64,000 nt of DNA. Source: Chiloscyllium plagiosum. Taxonomy: Eukaryota. The position numbers were made by a program, and so were the translations under genes. The notes beneath the pieces are model-generated. The model ran no database searches and was not told the DNA's origin. It saw only the letters and a program-made list of their open reading frames with translations. Below, piece by piece: positions 39,339 through 51,853 of this stretch (positions are counted from its first letter, which is position 1; each line of letters starts with the position of its first letter). The stretch spans positions 1,402,672 through 1,466,671 of the forward strand of contig NC_057756.1 of NCBI RefSeq assembly GCF_004010195.1, read 5' to 3'.

Positions 39339-40892
39339 CTGGAGAACATGAATGCAAATAGACATGATGGCATGTAACAATTAATTTATGTCAGATTTCC
39401 ACATATTGTTTTCAGCATAGTTTGATTAAAATAAATCAGAAGAGATGCCAGAAGTATACACGTTTAAGATTGCTAGCTGAATCTATGTGATGTGACTTGC
39501 ACACAGTAGCTGGATTCGTGATAAGCAAACTGTGTAGCCATGTCATGAATGGGCACAAAAGTGTCAGAAGTGGACTTATCAAATAATGGGCCAGATTCGA
39601 CGCTTCAAGTAAGCTACCCCTGCTCCAAATTCATTTATTCACATATTTTATCATCTGTTGGCCAGACCCTCGTCCGCACTCCAGTTTTACACTGTCATGA
39701 AAAAAAAAAATCAACATCCCCTAAAACAGATTAATTAAAACATATAAGTTTGATTTAATCAATGTGTATGTCAATAATTTCCATTGCAGTCTATTGTACT
39801 TTCATTCAAAGTGACGCACTCTTCTGAGAGACTTTAATTACAATGCTGCAATCAACTTCAATTCCTCATCAACCCCATGTTCATTGTTCCTCCCTTTGAC
39901 GTACCTGTCCACATGTGTGTTCATACAACAATTAAGTGACGACAAAATTCGCAATCAAAAGGAGACCTATACAACACTGTTTATGTCAGAACATTAGAAC
40001 CAAGTTTAGCTTCAAATGTATTCTTGCAGACTTGTCCCACTCTTGCTTTTTGTTTGCACTTTTTCTTTTCCAGAAATATATAACTTTCAGCATTACAATA
40101 GAGGAACTGTCTGTTAAGTGCCTGGTTTAACAGACTGCAGTAAGTCGCCTCCAAGTCAAAGAACTATATTATCCTTATACCACAGTCACTTGGTCAAAAT
40201 CCTTACATTCTTCTTAACCACATTATGGATATGACGACATGCCAAAGTCTCTAAAGTTTAAAGAAATTAGATAACCACCACCTTCCCATCGCAATTGAGG
40301 ATAGGAAATAACTATCACGTATGAAACAACACTCACATTCATTGCATTAATTGAAAACAAAATACACCTCAATTGTCTACTTATATACTTCTTAAGACAA
40401 AGGTTGATTTGTTCATTACAAAAATGCACAAGTGTCTCGCTTCCTGCAACATTCTACACGAGGCTTAAAATAATCTACTCATTTCTGATGCGGGGTATTT
40501 TGATAATCCAAAAGGCTCAGCTTTTGTTCTGTGCTCCACAAATTCCCAAACTACTGCTTTGGAAGGGTTTGGTTGCATTTTTGTGTGTATTTTTTTCAAT
40601 AATTTTTTTCTAAATTTCGTGTTTATACCATGAACATTTCTTGAATAGCTTTATTCCAAATTCCGTATTTATCCGACGGACATACATTCTCCTAACATTG
40701 AAAAAGTGGTGTCAGTTTTACTGAGTACTATACACACTCTTACTCAAAGTAAAACGAAAGACGGTTGGTTACTTTTAAATCCGTGTCGTCTTAATTAAGA
40801 AACACAACTGCTGCTTGTAAGACTCGCCAAACATTAATATCAAGCTAATATCTATATGAAGTTGTATGCAGTATTTCATATATTTCAAATAC

Positions 40893-40928
40893 CCATGTCT
40901 TCCACGGTTGCATTCAGTTTGTCGATTT
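40893..40928 (-). CDS. Micro-exon 4 (36 nt, phase 1-1): EIDKLNATVEDM
   Basis: gatcttgttttaacAG|aaatcgacaaactgaatgcaaccgtggaagacatgg|GTattt; EIDKLN is shared with exon 2. Confidence 0.82.
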
Positions 40929-41964
40929 CTGTTAAAACAAGATCAGGAAAACAATCTTTAATAAAAGCTGATGACAAAACATGTTTCAATTCAAATTAGG
41001 CTATCATTTCAAGAATGACACCACTGTTAATTGGTGGCTATGATGAATATCAAGTAAGGTTGTGGCAGCAATTGGAAATTGAAGATAAATGACCTCAAGT
41101 GGAATGGTCATGATGAACAAGTTCAGAGGGGAAGATGCAAGAGCGTAAATAGGCCATCGTCAGCTCTGTCATTCACGAAATCATGGCTCATCCGATGATC
41201 CCCAAAACGTTTTTTCTGCCTTTTCCCCATACTTGCAGTTATGTTGCATATTGATGATCTCAACGCTTTGTAAATGAAACTTCGTTATTTACCTCCTGTT
41301 GCAGTTTAAGAAATGCCATAACGGGTTGGCAGACCTAAACTTATACAAAATCAATACTGTACTAAGTACAAGGCAATCTTCATTACATGTCTTGTAAATC
41401 AAGATTCAATACAATTCATATCTGCACTTCGACCTGCCATGCTTTTCTTTAAAGCGTTCCATGAGTTTTCTATGCACACATGAAGGAATTGATGCCCAAT
41501 GCGAACAGTTGACATGCAAACGTGCAGTATCTCAGTGCAACGCTGCAGTCATGCTTTTGATTACTGCGTTCCAGTTGCAACTAGAGTTGCAACTAAATCC
41601 ATATGAAAGGTTTTGAATTGACGTTCCTGCCACGGTTGAGGGAAATACAGAAAAAATAGAGAATGACAATACAGTAACACAAATTGATAGAATAGTACGA
41701 CATTTCCTTCATGAAGATATGTAATATATATTTGAAAAAGGAGATCATTCCGATCTTGTTCACAATATGAGGTCAATTAAGCTTTAGTTTCTGTGGCGAT
41801 TTATAAAAACAAGCAAGTCAGTTCCTAAATATTGATAATGGCAAATGTAAAGCTGGCGTTCAAACATTAAAAGGCAATTTCATAAATATTTGAAGTGCAC
41901 GATAGATCTATGAAGCAGCATGGGGAGTAGGATCTGTCTTCAATCTAGCTTTACTGAATATGGT

Positions 41965-42160
41965 ATCGACAGGCAGGAGCTGGAAGAACACAGAAATGCA
42001 GACAGCATCACGAGGTGGAGAAGTCAAACGTTTTCAATACTCTAATTACCCCAAACCATCGACTTCGTCACCTCATGATGCTACCTGGCTTGCTGCGTTC
42101 TTCCAAATTCCTGCCTGTCTACTTTGGATTCCAGCATCTGCAGGTTTTTTTTGTCTTGAA
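41965..42160. mobile_element. Fold-back Penelope-derived repeat
   Basis: gacaggcagga..tggaagaac...agcatca.gaggtg..gaagtc / gacttc..cacctc.tgatgct...gttcttcca..tcctgcctgtc inverted arms. Confidence 0.7.
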
Positions 42161-42471
42161 CGAAATGTTTTTTTTCCCCCTCTGATGTATATTTGTATAT
42201 GGTATAATTTTGTTCAAGCAATCTTCGTGTAATTGCATAGATTCTTGGTCATTCAATAGTTTTCACTGCCTGTCCCCGTGTCACTCAGCAAAGTCGCATT
42301 TCGCCTCGGGATAGCTGGCCTCTTGAAGTAAAGGAATATTGTTGACAAATATTTGAAGACGTCTACTCATACAAAAGCACATATATTGAAACCTAAATGT
42401 TATATATTACCGTTGTTAATGACGTTTCTTGAATCAATGCATGTGTTATTTAAAGAAAAAGACGTAGTTAC

Positions 42472-42498
42472 CTTTGCTCTTTACTCTCAGTTTTTCAT
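42472..42498 (-). CDS. Micro-exon 3 (27 nt, phase 1-1): NEKLRVKSK
   Basis: gcctttatctttccAG|atgaaaaactgagagtaaagagcaaag|GTaact. Confidence 0.85.
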
Positions 42499-43089
42499 CT
42501 GGAAAGATAAAGGCATGACAATTATAATAAGTGTGGTTATAATTGTCACCAGGCTAACTAAAATCTCTTGCCACTTATCTGGATCTTGGGCATGCTAACA
42601 GTTAATTTTACTTATCAATTTTACTTGCTGCTGTGTGTATCTAGTCACATCTAAAACAACAAAATAATATTTCCACCTGGCATTCGATGTTGGAATTGTT
42701 CTCAAACAACCATAGCTTTCAGTGGCAAATGGTTTAGGTATCAAGGGAATTTATGCTCGATAGGATTTTATGGTTCCACTCAAAGTAATCTTCCACATCA
42801 AGATTGAAACTGGTGATTTAAAAAAAAAATACAACTTTCTATAATGATACTTTCTAAGATTCATGACGCAGCACTTTAAAGCAAAATGTATTTCAATGAA
42901 TTGTCTGAAGAGACAATATCCGATTATGCACGTTTCACTTCCTTCATAACTTTACAAAGAGGTTGCAAAGTGTACTGCCAAAGAGGTAAAATATTATTCT
43001 CTCCAGTATATTTTGATGAATTACTCTAAACATAAGAGGCATTCCTGTAATTTTGATCTGAAACTGACTCATTGGATTTGACAGCCCAT

Positions 43090-44270
43090 TACAGGAAAGA
43101 AATGGCTGCGCCTTTGGTTGGTTCAGTAAGGTTGTTATGACATGAAGTTTGGAGTTCTGGAGAGTGTGGAGGACTATTGTAGGAGACACTGATAGGATGC
43201 AGAACTGAGATGATAAGTAGCAGATGGATTTCAATCTGGAAAAGTGTGAAGTCATTCACTTTGGAAGTCAGATTTGCATTACGAATACAGGTATCAGACA
43301 GGATTCTTGTCGGTGTTAAGCAACAAACGGGTCTTGGGGTCCATGTCCATAGATTCCTCATAGTTGCTATCCAGATTGATCGCGTTGTCAAGAAGGCATA
43401 TGGTGTTTTGGTTTTCATTAGCAGGGAGAATGAGTTTAAGAGCCGCGAGGTAATGCTGCAGGTATACCTGCTTAGACGACACTTGGAATGTTGTGTTCAG
43501 CTAAGGTTGCCTCATTTATAGAAAGAAGTGGATGCTTTAGAGGGGGTGCAGAGGCGTTTTAGCATAATGCTTCCTGCACTGGATTGCATGTCTTCTAAGA
43601 AAGGTTGTCGAGCTAGCAAAGTTATTATTGGCGAGAAGAAGGATGAGAGGTGACTTGCTCGACATGTACAAGAGGTGAGAGGAATAGATAGAGTGGATAG
43701 CTGGTGGCCTTTTCCCATTGCCGAAATGTCTCTCACGAGTGGCATAATTTTAGGAATTTGGAGTAAGGTTTAGAGGAGATGTCAGAGGTAGGTTCTTTAT
43801 TCAGAGAATGGCAAATGCGTAGAATGAACAACCAGCAATGGTCGTAGAGTCATATACATTCGGGACATTTAAACAACTCCGTGAGAGGCACATGGAGGGT
43901 TATCCAATGAAGGGTGTGTAGTTTAGTCTGATCTTAGAGTAGGATAAAAGGCCAGCACAACATTGAGGGCCAAGTAGGTAAAAACAAGGACTGATGATGC
44001 TGGAAACCAGATTCTAGGTTAGTGTGGCGCTGGAAGAGCATAGCAGTTCAGGCAGCATCCGAGGAGCAGAAAAATCCACGTTTCGGGCAGAAGCCCTTCA
44101 TCAGGAATAGAGCTCTATTCCTGATGAAAGGCTTTTGCCCGAAACGTCGATTTTCCTGCTCCTCGGATGCTGCCTGAACTGCTGTGCTTTTCCAGCACCA
44201 CACTAACTTAGAGTTGAGGGCCAAATGGCCTGTACTATGTATTCATGTTTTATGTTCTATGTTCTATGGA
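43090..44270 (+). mobile_element. CR1 LINE 3' third with (ttctatg)n tail, interrupted by a fold-back element
   Basis: GLGVHVHRFL...VVKKAYGVL...HLECCVQL; tail 44250-44268. Confidence 0.88.
43974..44213. mobile_element. Palindromic fold-back element with hammerhead-like cores on both strands; 11-bp TSD
   Basis: About 105-bp arms centred on gaatagagctctattc; TSD ttgagggccaa at 43963-43973 and 44214-44224. Confidence 0.88.
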
Positions 44271-44319
44271 CAATTGTCTCAGCCACATAAATGACAATAT
44301 AATTGTTGATATGTTGTGA

Positions 44320-44940
44320 CGCCAACACAAATCTCAAGGTGTCCTTCCCAACCCTATATTAATTCTGTTGATTATTATTCAGTTTTCAGTCTTTCTATAT
44401 TATCGTCATCTTCTTGCAAGAGTGCTTTAACACCTCCCACATTACTTTCATCGATAGGCACGTTGAACGGTTTTGTGTAATTAAATGGAGCTAACATTGG
44501 AACACTGGCTAACACTGCTAACAATGCCTTTTGACAGTCTGATATCTACTGAAATATCCGCACTTCTTCAATAAGTCAATCAGTGGAGCAGCCACGCACC
44601 TAAAATTCTGTTAGAGCTTCTGATTAAAAAAAAACCTCCTGGAATGATAGTACTGTCTCTTCATTGAATCGATGGGAAACTCCCCAAAACATTTTTTTGC
44701 ACATCTATGGGGCCATCTGTCCAGATCCAATGCCTTGGCTCAGGAATGTTCCTTGTTCTTTTACCCTTAGCCAGGGTTATCCACGAAACAAATCTTGTGA
44801 AGTCAATAGAAGAATTCTGATTGATGCTGAAAATGGTCCTTTCTTAAAAACCACCAGGTTGTCCATCTTGAGTACACAATTGGGGAATCCAGAAATTGCA
44901 TTTCCAGTTAGGGGAAAGATACTCTGAAACCTGAAAGGTT
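44320..44940 (-). mobile_element. Gmr1-like RT/RH fragment
   Basis: FQ...NAISGFPNCVLKMDNLVVF; reverse complement resembles 51060-51300 and 51870-52200. Confidence 0.7.
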
Positions 44941-44959
44941 TCTTAAAATATTTACAAGG

Positions 44960-45960
44960 ATAAAACTCTGTTGCGGCTGCACTTGGAGTATTGTGTACAA
45001 TTCTGGTTGCCACATTATCAGAAAGATGCAGAAAATTGCAATGGGTGCAGAGGCGATTTACCAGGATGTTGCCTGGTATGGAAGGAATGTCTTGTCAGGA
45101 AATGTTGAGGGACTTGAGGCTGTTTTCGTTAGAGAGAAGAAGATTGAGAGATTAGTTAATTGATGTGTACAATATGATCAGTCGAATAGATAGGGTGGAC
45201 AGTGAGAGCCTTTTTGCTCAGATGGTGGTGGTTACTATGAGGGGAGATTGCTTTAAATTGAGGGGTGATTATATATGGTAGATGTCAGAGGGAGTTTCTT
45301 TACTCAGAGAGTAGTCAGGGAGTGGAATGGCCTGTCTGCAACATTAGTGGACCCACCTACTTTAGTCCATGATCGTCGGATAAACAACTAGATGATAATG
45401 GAATAGTGCTGGTACGATGGGCTTCAGATTGGTTTCACAGGTTGGTGAAACATCGAAGGCCGAAAGGCCTGCACTGCACTGTAGTTTACTCTATTATGTG
45501 TTATGATGTTGCCAGGATTGCAGGGTTTGAGCTGTAGGGACATGCTGATTATGCTGTGGCTATTTTCTCTACAGCATCGGAGGCTGAGTAGCGACCTTTT
45601 AGAAGTTTAAAAAAATCATGTGCTGCATGCATTGGAAGAACAGCCAAGGTCTTTTCCCCAGCGTAGGTGAGTCTAAAACCACAGAGCATAGTTTTAAAGT
45701 GAGGGGAGAAGATTTCAATGCGTACCAAGGGATTACATTTTCATGCAATGGCCGGTGCGTGTACTGAAGGTGATGCGGAATGGTGGAGGCTGGTACAATT
45801 GCAATATTAAGAAGGCAAATGAATGCTTATATGAATAGGAAATGTTCAGAAGGATTTGAGAAAAATGGGACGAGATAAATTTCGGATAGCTATTCGTCAT
45901 AAGAGAGTTCGACCGAAGAGTCTGTTTCCATGCTCTACATTTCAAAATGCTATGAATCGA
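44960..45960 (+). mobile_element. Two tandem CR1 3' fragments (44960-45500, 45505-45960)
   Basis: cacttggagtattgtgtacaattctgg (HLEYCVQFW), two successive C-terminal and 3' UTR segments. Confidence 0.85.
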
Positions 45961-48184
45961 TGAGAGTTTCGTCTTTGAAATATGGCTGGGGCATTTTTCA
46001 AAACAACTTTAAGTTAAGATATTCTAAATCCCTTTATCTTTTGTCCGTGTTGCATTCAGTAATACCTAAATGAATTCTGTTTTCATTCAAACCGAACTTT
46101 TAGGTCAAATGCATAACACCTGGAAAATACACTGTATACCTACTTAAAACAACTAGGAAAGTTAGGTTTAGGGCTACGCTCTTAAATTGTATTGATGGCG
46201 TCTGGTCTGGCTTTTAACAGATTGGGGTCTTTTGCGGGATTTCTGCTACAGTTGCGATTTATCGTTAGGTTTGCTGGACTCAAAGTCTGGTGCTTGGTGT
46301 AGTAATGGAGTTTTCAGGCCCAAAGAGCTTCACGGGGATGGAAAAAGTGACTTTGATGGCTTAACAAAATATGAACAAGGAAAAACTGCTGAAATTCGCA
46401 GTCAAACTGGATTTGGAGCCGATTATTTCTGTGAGGAAAAGAGAGGTAATAACAGCAACAGCTCATCAGTCAAATATGCTGGAAACGCAATTAGAATCTT
46501 TGGAGATGGCGAAAATTAAATTTAGAATGAAAAAGCAATAGAATAAAGAAAGAGAAAACATGAAACTGTCCGAATTACGAATAAAAACAGTGGAAAGAGA
46601 AAGAAGAATGAAAGGCCCGATCAGAACAAAAAGAACAGGATGGATTCACTTTAGTAAAACAAAAAGAAGAGAGAGAAGAAAAAAGGAAAGGAAATGAGGA
46701 GAGAGCAAGGGAGCGAGAGGAGGGGAAGAAAGAGAGAGAGATTCAACTCCAGAAAATGGCAGTGAGACAGGACAGTCATCTTTTAAGGATGGAGATGAAG
46801 GCTGTAGGTAACTTAGCGAGGAAGAGAGTGAGGATGTGCAAACCCATGGCAGCCCAGGCCTGGTAAGAATCTGTTTAAATACATTCGCACATTGTCAAAA
46901 TTTGATAAGAAGAATGTGGAACACTTTTATCAGCTGATTTAAAAAGGGAACTAAACAAATGCAGTGACAAGTTACCATGTGGGCTTTGTTGATCCAAATA
47001 AAACTTGTAGTTGGAGATAATGAAGTATTTGCATCACTCTCAGAGGCGGTATCTGGGGTGTCGAAGGAAGTGATGAACGTCGTCATAAATGCATCATATG
47101 AAGTTGTGCCTGACGCCTACAGACAACATTTTAGAAATCTAAGAAGTGACCCGTGTCAAACATACAGTGAGTTGGAAAGTAGCATTGATCAGTGGAAGAG
47201 GGCATTAAAAGTAAAGCAAACATGAGATACTCTTAGAGAGACGGGTACTTCGGAGGGGTTGAACAATTCACTTCCTGAGGTAATGAGAACTCACGTAGAA
47301 GAGCAGACAGTTAAAACGGCAAGATTAACAGCCGAGATGGTTGATGATTATGAGATGGTTCAGAAGTCATAGTTTGGCTTCCTACATCAATGTCAATCCA
47401 TGAGGGGCAGAAATTAAGGAAAAGCGAAATCCTTACATGATAAGGGAAAGGTAGATCTCAGTGAACATCGTAAAGTTAACTCTACGCAGGGTTAAAAGGA
47501 AACCCTTGAAAAGGAAAAAAAGAAGTTAAAATACTCCAATATATTCATTGGAAGAAAATAGACAACGAAGTTACAATATTGGTGGTTTAGGAAAAGCACT
47601 GGGAAACACGATGAAGGAAAATAGTGTAAGCCAGTGAACGTTGTTGGAATGGTAACAGAAAGCACATTGGAGGCTAATATGCTGCACCAGAATGCACGAC
47701 CTGGTTGGAGATTAGTTCAGGAGGAAGTGCCAGATCTTTTTAAACCATAGGCTTGCAAAAGTAAAGTTTACAAGCACAGGCCAGGAGCAGTAGGTGAAGA
47801 GGTTAGAATATTAAGAGATACAGGATCCACTCAATATTTGAGGTTGAACGATTAGGAGATATGTGCCTCTCAAAGACTATTGCCAGAAAAGGTACTAGCA
47901 ATTGGAATTTATGGTGAAACAAGAAGCGCTTAATTCTGTTGCATGACTTTAGAGTTTCCAGTGAAGAATAGAGAATTTTTGGTCAGAGTTCTGAACAAAA
48001 TCTAAGGTCCAGGAGTGCAATTTTTTCTCTGCAAACGACATATCTGCTTCACAGGTAGGAGTGCTGCCTTCTGCAGTTGAAATGCTACTGGAAATTCAAG
48101 CATATCCAGTGATATTTTAAATCCTGATTGTGCAGTAATGACGTCACAACGTCACAAGTTGAAACAGGAGAAACGAAAGATTAC

Positions 48185-50627
48185 AGTGATCTCAACTCCC
48201 TGACCTTTGCTATAGTCATGGAGAGGGATAGGAGCAGACGGTATGGGAAAGTAATTGTGGAAGCAGAAATTACAACGATATTAGCCAGGAACTGGGCCAC
48301 CTAAATTGTGAACTGATGTTCTCATGGAAACTCATGACGGAAATGTGGAGGTAGTTTCGATAGCACTTGCTGGTAGTGCTGGACAAGTTTGTACCACTGA
48401 GGCAAGGAAGTGATGATAGGTTGAAAGTACCGTGGGTGACAGGGAATGTGGAACATCTAGTCAAGAGGAAGAAGGAAGCTGACTTAAGGTTAAGGAGTCA
48501 AGAATCACACAGGGCTCTAGAGTGTTACAAGGTAGCCAATCAGAAATGAAAAATGGACTTAGGAGAGCTCGAACGGGCTCGGAAAAGCTTTAGCACATCA
48601 GATTCAGGAAAACCCTAAGGTATTCTACACTTACGTGAGGAACTGAAGGGACCTTGTGCCTGGAGTTGGAGAAGGTAGGGGCAGTCACTAATGAATACTT
48701 TGCTTCAGTGTTCGTGAGGGACATTAACGTTTGTGTGTACAGCGAGAAAATGACTGATATTCTCGAATAGGTTGATGGAAAGAAGGAGTATGTGCTGAAA
48801 ATTTTGAAGAACCTAAGAATAGATGACGCTTGCTGGGCCAGATAGGATACAATCAAAGGTTTCTTTTACTGCAAGTGAGGGAGGAGATTGTGACACCTTT
48901 AACGATGCTCTTAGCGTCCTCCCTGTCAACTGGAGTAGTGCCATGATTGGAGGGTGGAAAATGTTCTTCACCTATTCAAGAAAGGGAATAAGGATGACGA
49001 TGGGAACTACAGACTAATCAGTCTTACGTCTGTGGTGAGAAAATTCTTGGAGACGATTTTGAGAGACAGGATAAATGATTACTTGAAAAATCATAACGTA
49101 ATTAAAGATAGTCGGCATGGCTTTGTGAGGGGCGTATCATACATTACAAACATTAATTCATTATTTGAGGATGTGACAAAACACATTGATGAAGGTATTG
49201 CAGTGGTATGGTATACATGGATATTAGCAAGGCGTTTGATAACTTTCCCCATAGAAGTCTTTTTACAGAAAGTAAGGAGGCATGTCATGTAGAGAAACTA
49301 GCTGCCTGGATAAAGAATTGGCTGTCCCATAGAAGACAGAGTGCGGTGGTCAATGGAAAATATTCAGCCTGGAGCTTGGTGACCAGTGGTGCTCCGCAGG
49401 GAGCTGATAGTGATAGTTATAGGACAGATCTCACAAGTAGTTTCTTCACTCAGAGAGTGGTAGGGGTATAGGACGCATTGCCTGCAACAGTAGTAGACTC
49501 GCCAATTTTAAGGGAATTTAAATTGTCATTGGATAAGTATATGGACGACAATGGAATAGTATAGGTTAGATGGGCTTCAGATTGGTTTCACAGGTCGGCA
49601 TAACATCGAGTGCCGAAGGGCCTGTATTGTGCTGTAATGTTCTATGTTCTGTGTTCTTTGACCTTAGCTCTTTGTGATTTTTATAAATGACTTGAATTAG
49701 GAAGTAGAAGAGTGGGTTGTAAGTTTGCTAATGACCCGAAAGTTGTGGATTGGTGGATAGTGTGGAGGGTTGTAGTAGATTGCAGCAGAATATTGAAACA
49801 TTGCAGAACAGGGCTCATAAGTGCAGATGGAATTGAACCTGGAAAAGTGTGAAGTGATGCATTTTGTACTAATGATTTTGAATGTAGAATGCAAGGTTAA
49901 AGACAGGATTCTTGTCAGTTTGGAGGAACAGAGGGATTTTGTGGTCCATGTCCATAGATCCCCCGAAGTTGCCATTCAAGTTGATAAGTTCACTAAGAAG
50001 TTGTATGTGTGTTGGCTTTCATTAATGGGGAATGAGCTTATTTATGAGCTGCAAGGTTATGCTGCAGCTCTATCGAGTCCTGGTGAGATCACACTTGTAA
50101 TACTGGTCCAGTTCTGGTCGTCACATTATAGGAAATATGTGGAGCTTTAGAGATGGTGCAGAGGGGACTTAACTATTTTCTGCCTGGACTGGAGGGTATA
50201 TCGTATGAAGTAAGGTTGAGGGAGCTATGCCTTTTCTCATTGGAATGAAGAAGGAGAACAGGTGAATTGTTGGAGGTGTAAAAAGTGATGAGAGGCTTTT
50301 GGACAGTGGACAGCCAGAAAACATTTCCTCGGACAGAAATGGCTATCACGAGGGGAATGAATTTCAGATGATTGGGGGTAGATTTTGGGGAGATGTCAGG
50401 GCTAGGTTGTTTACACAGAGAGTGCTGGGTACATGGAATGCATTACCGGCGGTGTAGCAGAGTCAGATGCACAGGCGACACTTAAATGACTGTTGTAAAG
50501 ACACACGGAAAACAGTACAATGAAGGCTATATATGTTAGCTTGAACTTACAGTAGGATGAAAGTTCATCGAGAGGCGAAGAGTCTGTCCTCTGCCATACT
50601 CTTCTATGTTCCATGTTCTCTGTTCTA
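48185..50627 (+). mobile_element. 5'-truncated CR1 LINE occupying the integrase position of the LTR element
   Basis: GNYRLISLTSVV...HGFVRG, MDISKAFD, GAPQG; tail ttctatgttccatgttctctgttctatg. Confidence 0.9.
49402..49657 (+). mobile_element. Short CR1 3' fragment nested in the PQGSVLGP motif of the host CR1
   Basis: Host reads ggtgctccgcaggga / gaccttagctctttgtgatttttataaatgac; insert matches CR1 3' ends such as 45260-45500. Confidence 0.85.
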
Positions 50628-51312
50628 TGTGGAAGTAAGTTGCGAAGTACTAACCTACTGAGGCATGATGCAAATATAGCAAATGCTGCTCCCATTGAGC
50701 AATGTCCTCAAAAGCCTAACCCTCTAAAATTAACATCTGTTCAAAAGGAGATTTAAACATGCTCCAAGTGGACGTATTCAAAGTGCGTTGCATTGACTGA
50801 AGCTCAAGATTAGTAATGGTGCCAAAGGTTATGTGTGGACTATCGCCAAGTCACTGCAGTTGCAACGACTGATGCACATCTCATTTGGAAGACGGTATTG
50901 AATAGGTGGGACAAAAAAACCCTATATGTCTGAGCTGAACTTGCTCAAATGATACTGGCAGGTATCTTTATCTGAAAGACACACGTTAGTTTTGGTTTCA
51001 AAACGTCGAGTAAACTGCATTAACTAAAGTCAAGCCATTTGGTTTGAATAAACTGCGCCAATCACATTTCAAAGACTAACCAATAAGGTCATTTACGAAT
51101 TTCTCAGTTTTGTGAAATCCATTCATGACCTCCAGATTCTTAGTCACACATGAAGGTGCATTTGTTCGAACGACTTTGGGAGGCAGGCTTGGTAATAAAC
51201 CAGGCTCAAAGTGAATTTGCTAAAGCCCATGTCACCTTTTTGGGCCATGATAATTGAGATGGACAAACATGGAATGCAAAAAAAAGGTAGTTGGTGAGTT
51301 TCCCAAAAGATC

Positions 51313-51624
51313 GGCGGTACGGTGGCACAGTGGTTAGCACTGCTGCCTCACAACACCAGAGACCCGGGTTCCATTCCCGCCTCAGGTGACTGACTGTGTG
51401 GAGTTTGCACGTCCTCCCCGTGTCTGCGTGGGTTTCCTCCGGTAGCTCCGGTTTCCTCCCACTGGCCAAAGATGTGCAGGTCAGGTGAATTGGCCATGCT
51501 AAATTGCCCGTAGTGTTAGGTAAGGGTTACATATAGGGGTATGGGTGAGTTGCGCTTCGGCGAGGCGGTGAGGACTTGTTGGGCCGAAGGGCCTGTTTCC
51601 ACATTGTAAGTAATCTAATCTAAT
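51313..51624 (+). mobile_element. HE1-type SINE, young, full length
   Basis: ggtggcacagtggttagcact...gggttccattcc...core...(taatc)n tail. Confidence 0.93.
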
Positions 51625-51663
51625 CGACAAAAAAGAGCAGTTCTGTGATTCCAGGGATTGAGT

Positions 51664-51853
51664 GTACAAAGATAAAAATCACACAACACCGGTTATAGTC
51701 CAATGGATTTAATTGGAAGGACTAGCTTTTGGAGGGCCGCTCGTTCATCAGCTGTGAAAGCTAATACTTCCAATTAAACCTGTTGGAGTGTAACCTGGTG
51801 TTGTGTCATTTTTAACTTTGTGCATTCCAGTCCAACACCGGCATCTGCAATAT
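51664..51853. mobile_element. Fold-back Penelope-derived repeat with 10-bp TSD
   Basis: Arms aaaaatcacacaacacc..ttaattggaag / cttccaattaa..ggtgttgtgtcattttt; TSD gggattgagt at 51654-51663 and 51854-51863; minus strand ctgatgaacgagcggccctccaaaagcta. Confidence 0.8.

Noticed and set aside
40207..40250. 44-nt minus-strand AG..GT segment (ETLACRHIHNVVKKN)
   Set aside because: Not a multiple of 3; would break the frame between exons 4 and 5
41293..41332. About 42-nt AG..GT segment on the minus strand
   Set aside because: Contains TAA in the phase-1 frame; poor pyrimidine tract
51313..51385. tRNA-like sequence with A and B boxes
   Set aside because: SINE head continuing into the core and tail; not a tRNA gene
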